A stretch of 64,000 nucleotides of DNA. Origin: Erysipelotrichaceae bacterium. GTDB lineage: Bacteria; Bacillota_I; Bacilli_A; Erysipelotrichales; Erysipelotrichaceae. Position 1 is the first letter of the stretch. The number at the start of each line of letters is the position of its first letter. Shown one piece after another: positions 62,562 through 64,000 of this stretch. The notes below the pieces were generated by a model that worked only from the letters and a program-made list of their open reading frames with translations, did not search any database and was not told the origin of the DNA. The DNA lies in the NCBI GenBank assembly GCA_017512285.1, contig JAFWGU010000011.1:4828-68827 (forward strand). Reading direction: 5' to 3'. The position numbers and the translations under genes are program-made.

Positions 62562-63650
62562 ATGTATATTGACGAACTAAAGTTAAGATTCTACCGGAAT
62601 TATCAGAGAGCGGAAGTAAATCTGATAAACGGCATGAATGTCATCATCGGTAATAATGGTCAGGGAAAGACAAATCTTCTGGAAGCCATATATCTTCTGT
62701 CTACAACCAGATCTCACCGTAATGATGATGACAGAGAGCTTATTAATTTTACTCAGGAATTTGCGAGTGCGGAATTAACCGTTCACAGACATGATATTGA
62801 AGATAAGCTGGGAATAGTCATTCATAAGAACGGAAAGACACTGCTTATCAACAATAATCCTGTCAGAAGAAACAGTGAATTCATTGGAAAGCTGAATGCT
62901 GTACTGTTTGCTCCGACAGACATGGATCTGTTTGATAATTCACCAAGAGTAAGAAGAAAACTGATAGACATTGAATTAGGAAAGTTATCAGCAGCGTACA
63001 TGCATGACTTAAGTAACTATCTTAAGAGCCTTAAGGAAAGAAACAACTATCTTAAGGGAGTTACTGATCAAATCATGCTGGAAACGTACACGGAAATGTT
63101 ATTTGAACCGGAAATCAACATTATTAAGGAGAGAGCCGCGTTCATTGACAATCTGAACATGTACATGTCTTATTTCTATAATCAGATCAACGGCGAAAAT
63201 GATCAGGTTACGATCAGATATCAGTCAATGATTGATGAAAAGAATGACAGAGAAGTGATGTTGCAACAATTAAAGACTAATTATAACAATACTCTGGACA
63301 GAGATGTCTATCTGAAACAGACAAATACCGGAATTCACCGAGAAGACTACATCTTCTATCTGAATGAACGTGAAGTCAGCAAGTTCTGTTCCCAAGGACA
63401 GAAGAGAATGATAATGCTTGCGCTTAAGCTATCCATTGTTCAGATAATCTTCAAGATCAAGAGAGAATATCCGATTCTGCTGCTGGATGACGTAATGTCA
63501 GAACTTGATGCAAATAAGAGAGAAAGATTATTAAGACTGTTACCGGAAACGGTACAGACCGTAATAACGACAACGGATCTGCAGGAAATGAGCCTGATCG
63601 ATCCCAAAAATGTAAATGTGATAAGAGTGAGGAAAGGAATGATTGACTGA
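62562..63650 (+). CDS. recF: DNA replication and repair protein RecF
   Basis: Walker [14 protein letters not shown], signature SQGQKR, Walker [12 protein letters not shown]. Confidence 0.95.
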   Translation: MYIDELKLRFYRNYQRAEVNLINGMNVIIGNNGQGKTNLLEAIYLLSTTRSHRNDDDRELINFTQEFASAELTVHRHDIEDKLGIVIHKNGKTLLINNNPVRRNSEFIGKLNAVLFAPTDMDLFDNSPRVRRKLIDIELGKLSAAYMHDLSNYLKSLKERNNYLKGVTDQIMLETYTEMLFEPEINIIKERAAFIDNLNMYMSYFYNQINGENDQVTIRYQSMIDEKNDREVMLQQLKTNYNNTLDRDVYLKQTNTGIHREDYIFYLNEREVSKFCSQGQKRMIMLALKLSIVQIIFKIKREYPILLLDDVMSELDANKRERLLRLLPETVQTVITTTDLQEMSLIDPKNVNVIRVRKGMID

Positions 63651-64000
63651 TGGAAAATAGAGACGATTATTCTTATACTTCGAAGGACATACAAGTTTTA
63701 GAAGGTTTGGAAGCTGTCAGAAAAAGACCTGGCATGTACATTGCGACAACGAGTTCCCGTGGGTTGCACCATTTAGTATGGGAAATCGTAGATAATGCCA
63801 TTGATGAGGCACTTGCCGGATACGCTGACAGAGTTTCAGTTAAGATTTTAAAGGATAACATCATTGAAGTAACCGATAACGGACGTGGAATGCCTGTTGG
63901 CATACATGAAAAGACAGGTATTTCAACGGTAGAAACGATTTTCACTGTTCTGCATGCCGGCGGTAAGTTCGGTGGTGGAGCTTATAAGGTATCAGGTGGT
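63650..64000 (+). CDS. gyrB: DNA gyrase subunit B, N-terminal 117 codons (3' end outside the window)
   Basis: Not in the ORF track (no stop in the window). Hand translation gives [63 protein letters not shown]. The ATG overlaps the recF TGA (ATGA). Confidence 0.95.
   Translation, partial: MENRDDYSYTSKDIQVLEGLEAVRKRPGMYIATTSSRGLHHLVWEIVDNAIDEALAGYADRVSVKILKDNIIEVTDNGRGMPVGIHEKTGISTVETIFTVLHAGGKFGGGAYKVSGG

Noticed and set aside
59519-63650. An impression that the dnaA-dnaN-yaaA-recF block is markedly more AT-rich than the rest of the window, which would suggest a foreign origin.
   Set aside because: My hand counts of a few 60-nt lines ranged from 20 to 42 % GC here, against 40 to 57 % on the left side. 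The sample is too sparse and overlapping to call. A sliding-window GC and codon-usage computation is needed.
1-64000. A search for CRISPR repeats, IS elements/transposases, integrases, prophage genes, tRNA or rRNA genes, restriction-modification systems or other known defence enzymes.
   Set aside because: I recognised none. All intergenic spacers longer than 100 nt are accounted for by promoters, leaders, terminators or the origin. The only nuclease is an SNase homologue embedded in a housekeeping operon. RarA and the ABC ATPases are ordinary.

Overview
This is a mostly housekeeping chromosomal segment of a low-GC Gram-positive bacterium (Bacillota; I cannot place it more finely by eye). It runs into the replication origin.

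Gene order, left to right:
- oppA (partial) and oppBCDF peptide ABC transporter
- a monocistronic ~902-aa surface protein with an (S/P)PXTG sorting signal, then a CPBP intramembrane protease
- a LicT/RAT-controlled beta-glucoside operon (licT, EIIBC, GH1, EIIA)
- a compact cassette of small unknown-function genes (HIRAN-like plus three small ORFs)
- an MFS transporter, a CrtI-like oxidoreductase, and a WYL regulator followed by a 31-aa hydrophobic ORF
- a second EIIBC-GH1 locus with a divergent RpiR regulator and a cre site
- a metallophosphoesterase, a lipase, gdhA and a radical-SAM gene
- XRE-type regulators
- a tightly packed six-gene metG-gltX-LD-carboxypeptidase-HAD-nuclease-oxidoreductase unit
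- DDAH, tdh-kbl, ispF, darA-ychF, dtd, rarA
- an ABC-2 exporter and a membrane-fused PstS-like protein
- jag-yidC-rnpA-rpmH
- about 6.5 kb of envelope genes (rhaM, prepilin peptidase, glutaredoxin-like, HtrA, a cohesin-like membrane protein and a dockerin-tailed GH73 autolysin)
- the oriC DnaA-box cluster, then dnaA-dnaN-yaaA-recF-gyrB (partial)

Coding-strand bias flips at about 59.1-59.5 kb. I saw no rRNA, tRNA, CRISPR array, transposase, integrase or recognisable phage-defence enzyme.

The items I consider most worth follow-up:
- the HIRAN-like four-ORF cassette (13.25-14.47 kb)
- the cohesin-like/dockerin-like gene pair beside oriC
- the large surface protein with an unrecognised N-terminal ~650 aa
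- a MetRS-like enzyme with a degenerate KMSKS loop
- the WYL regulator plus micro-ORF

All family calls come from reading motifs by eye. No database search was possible.
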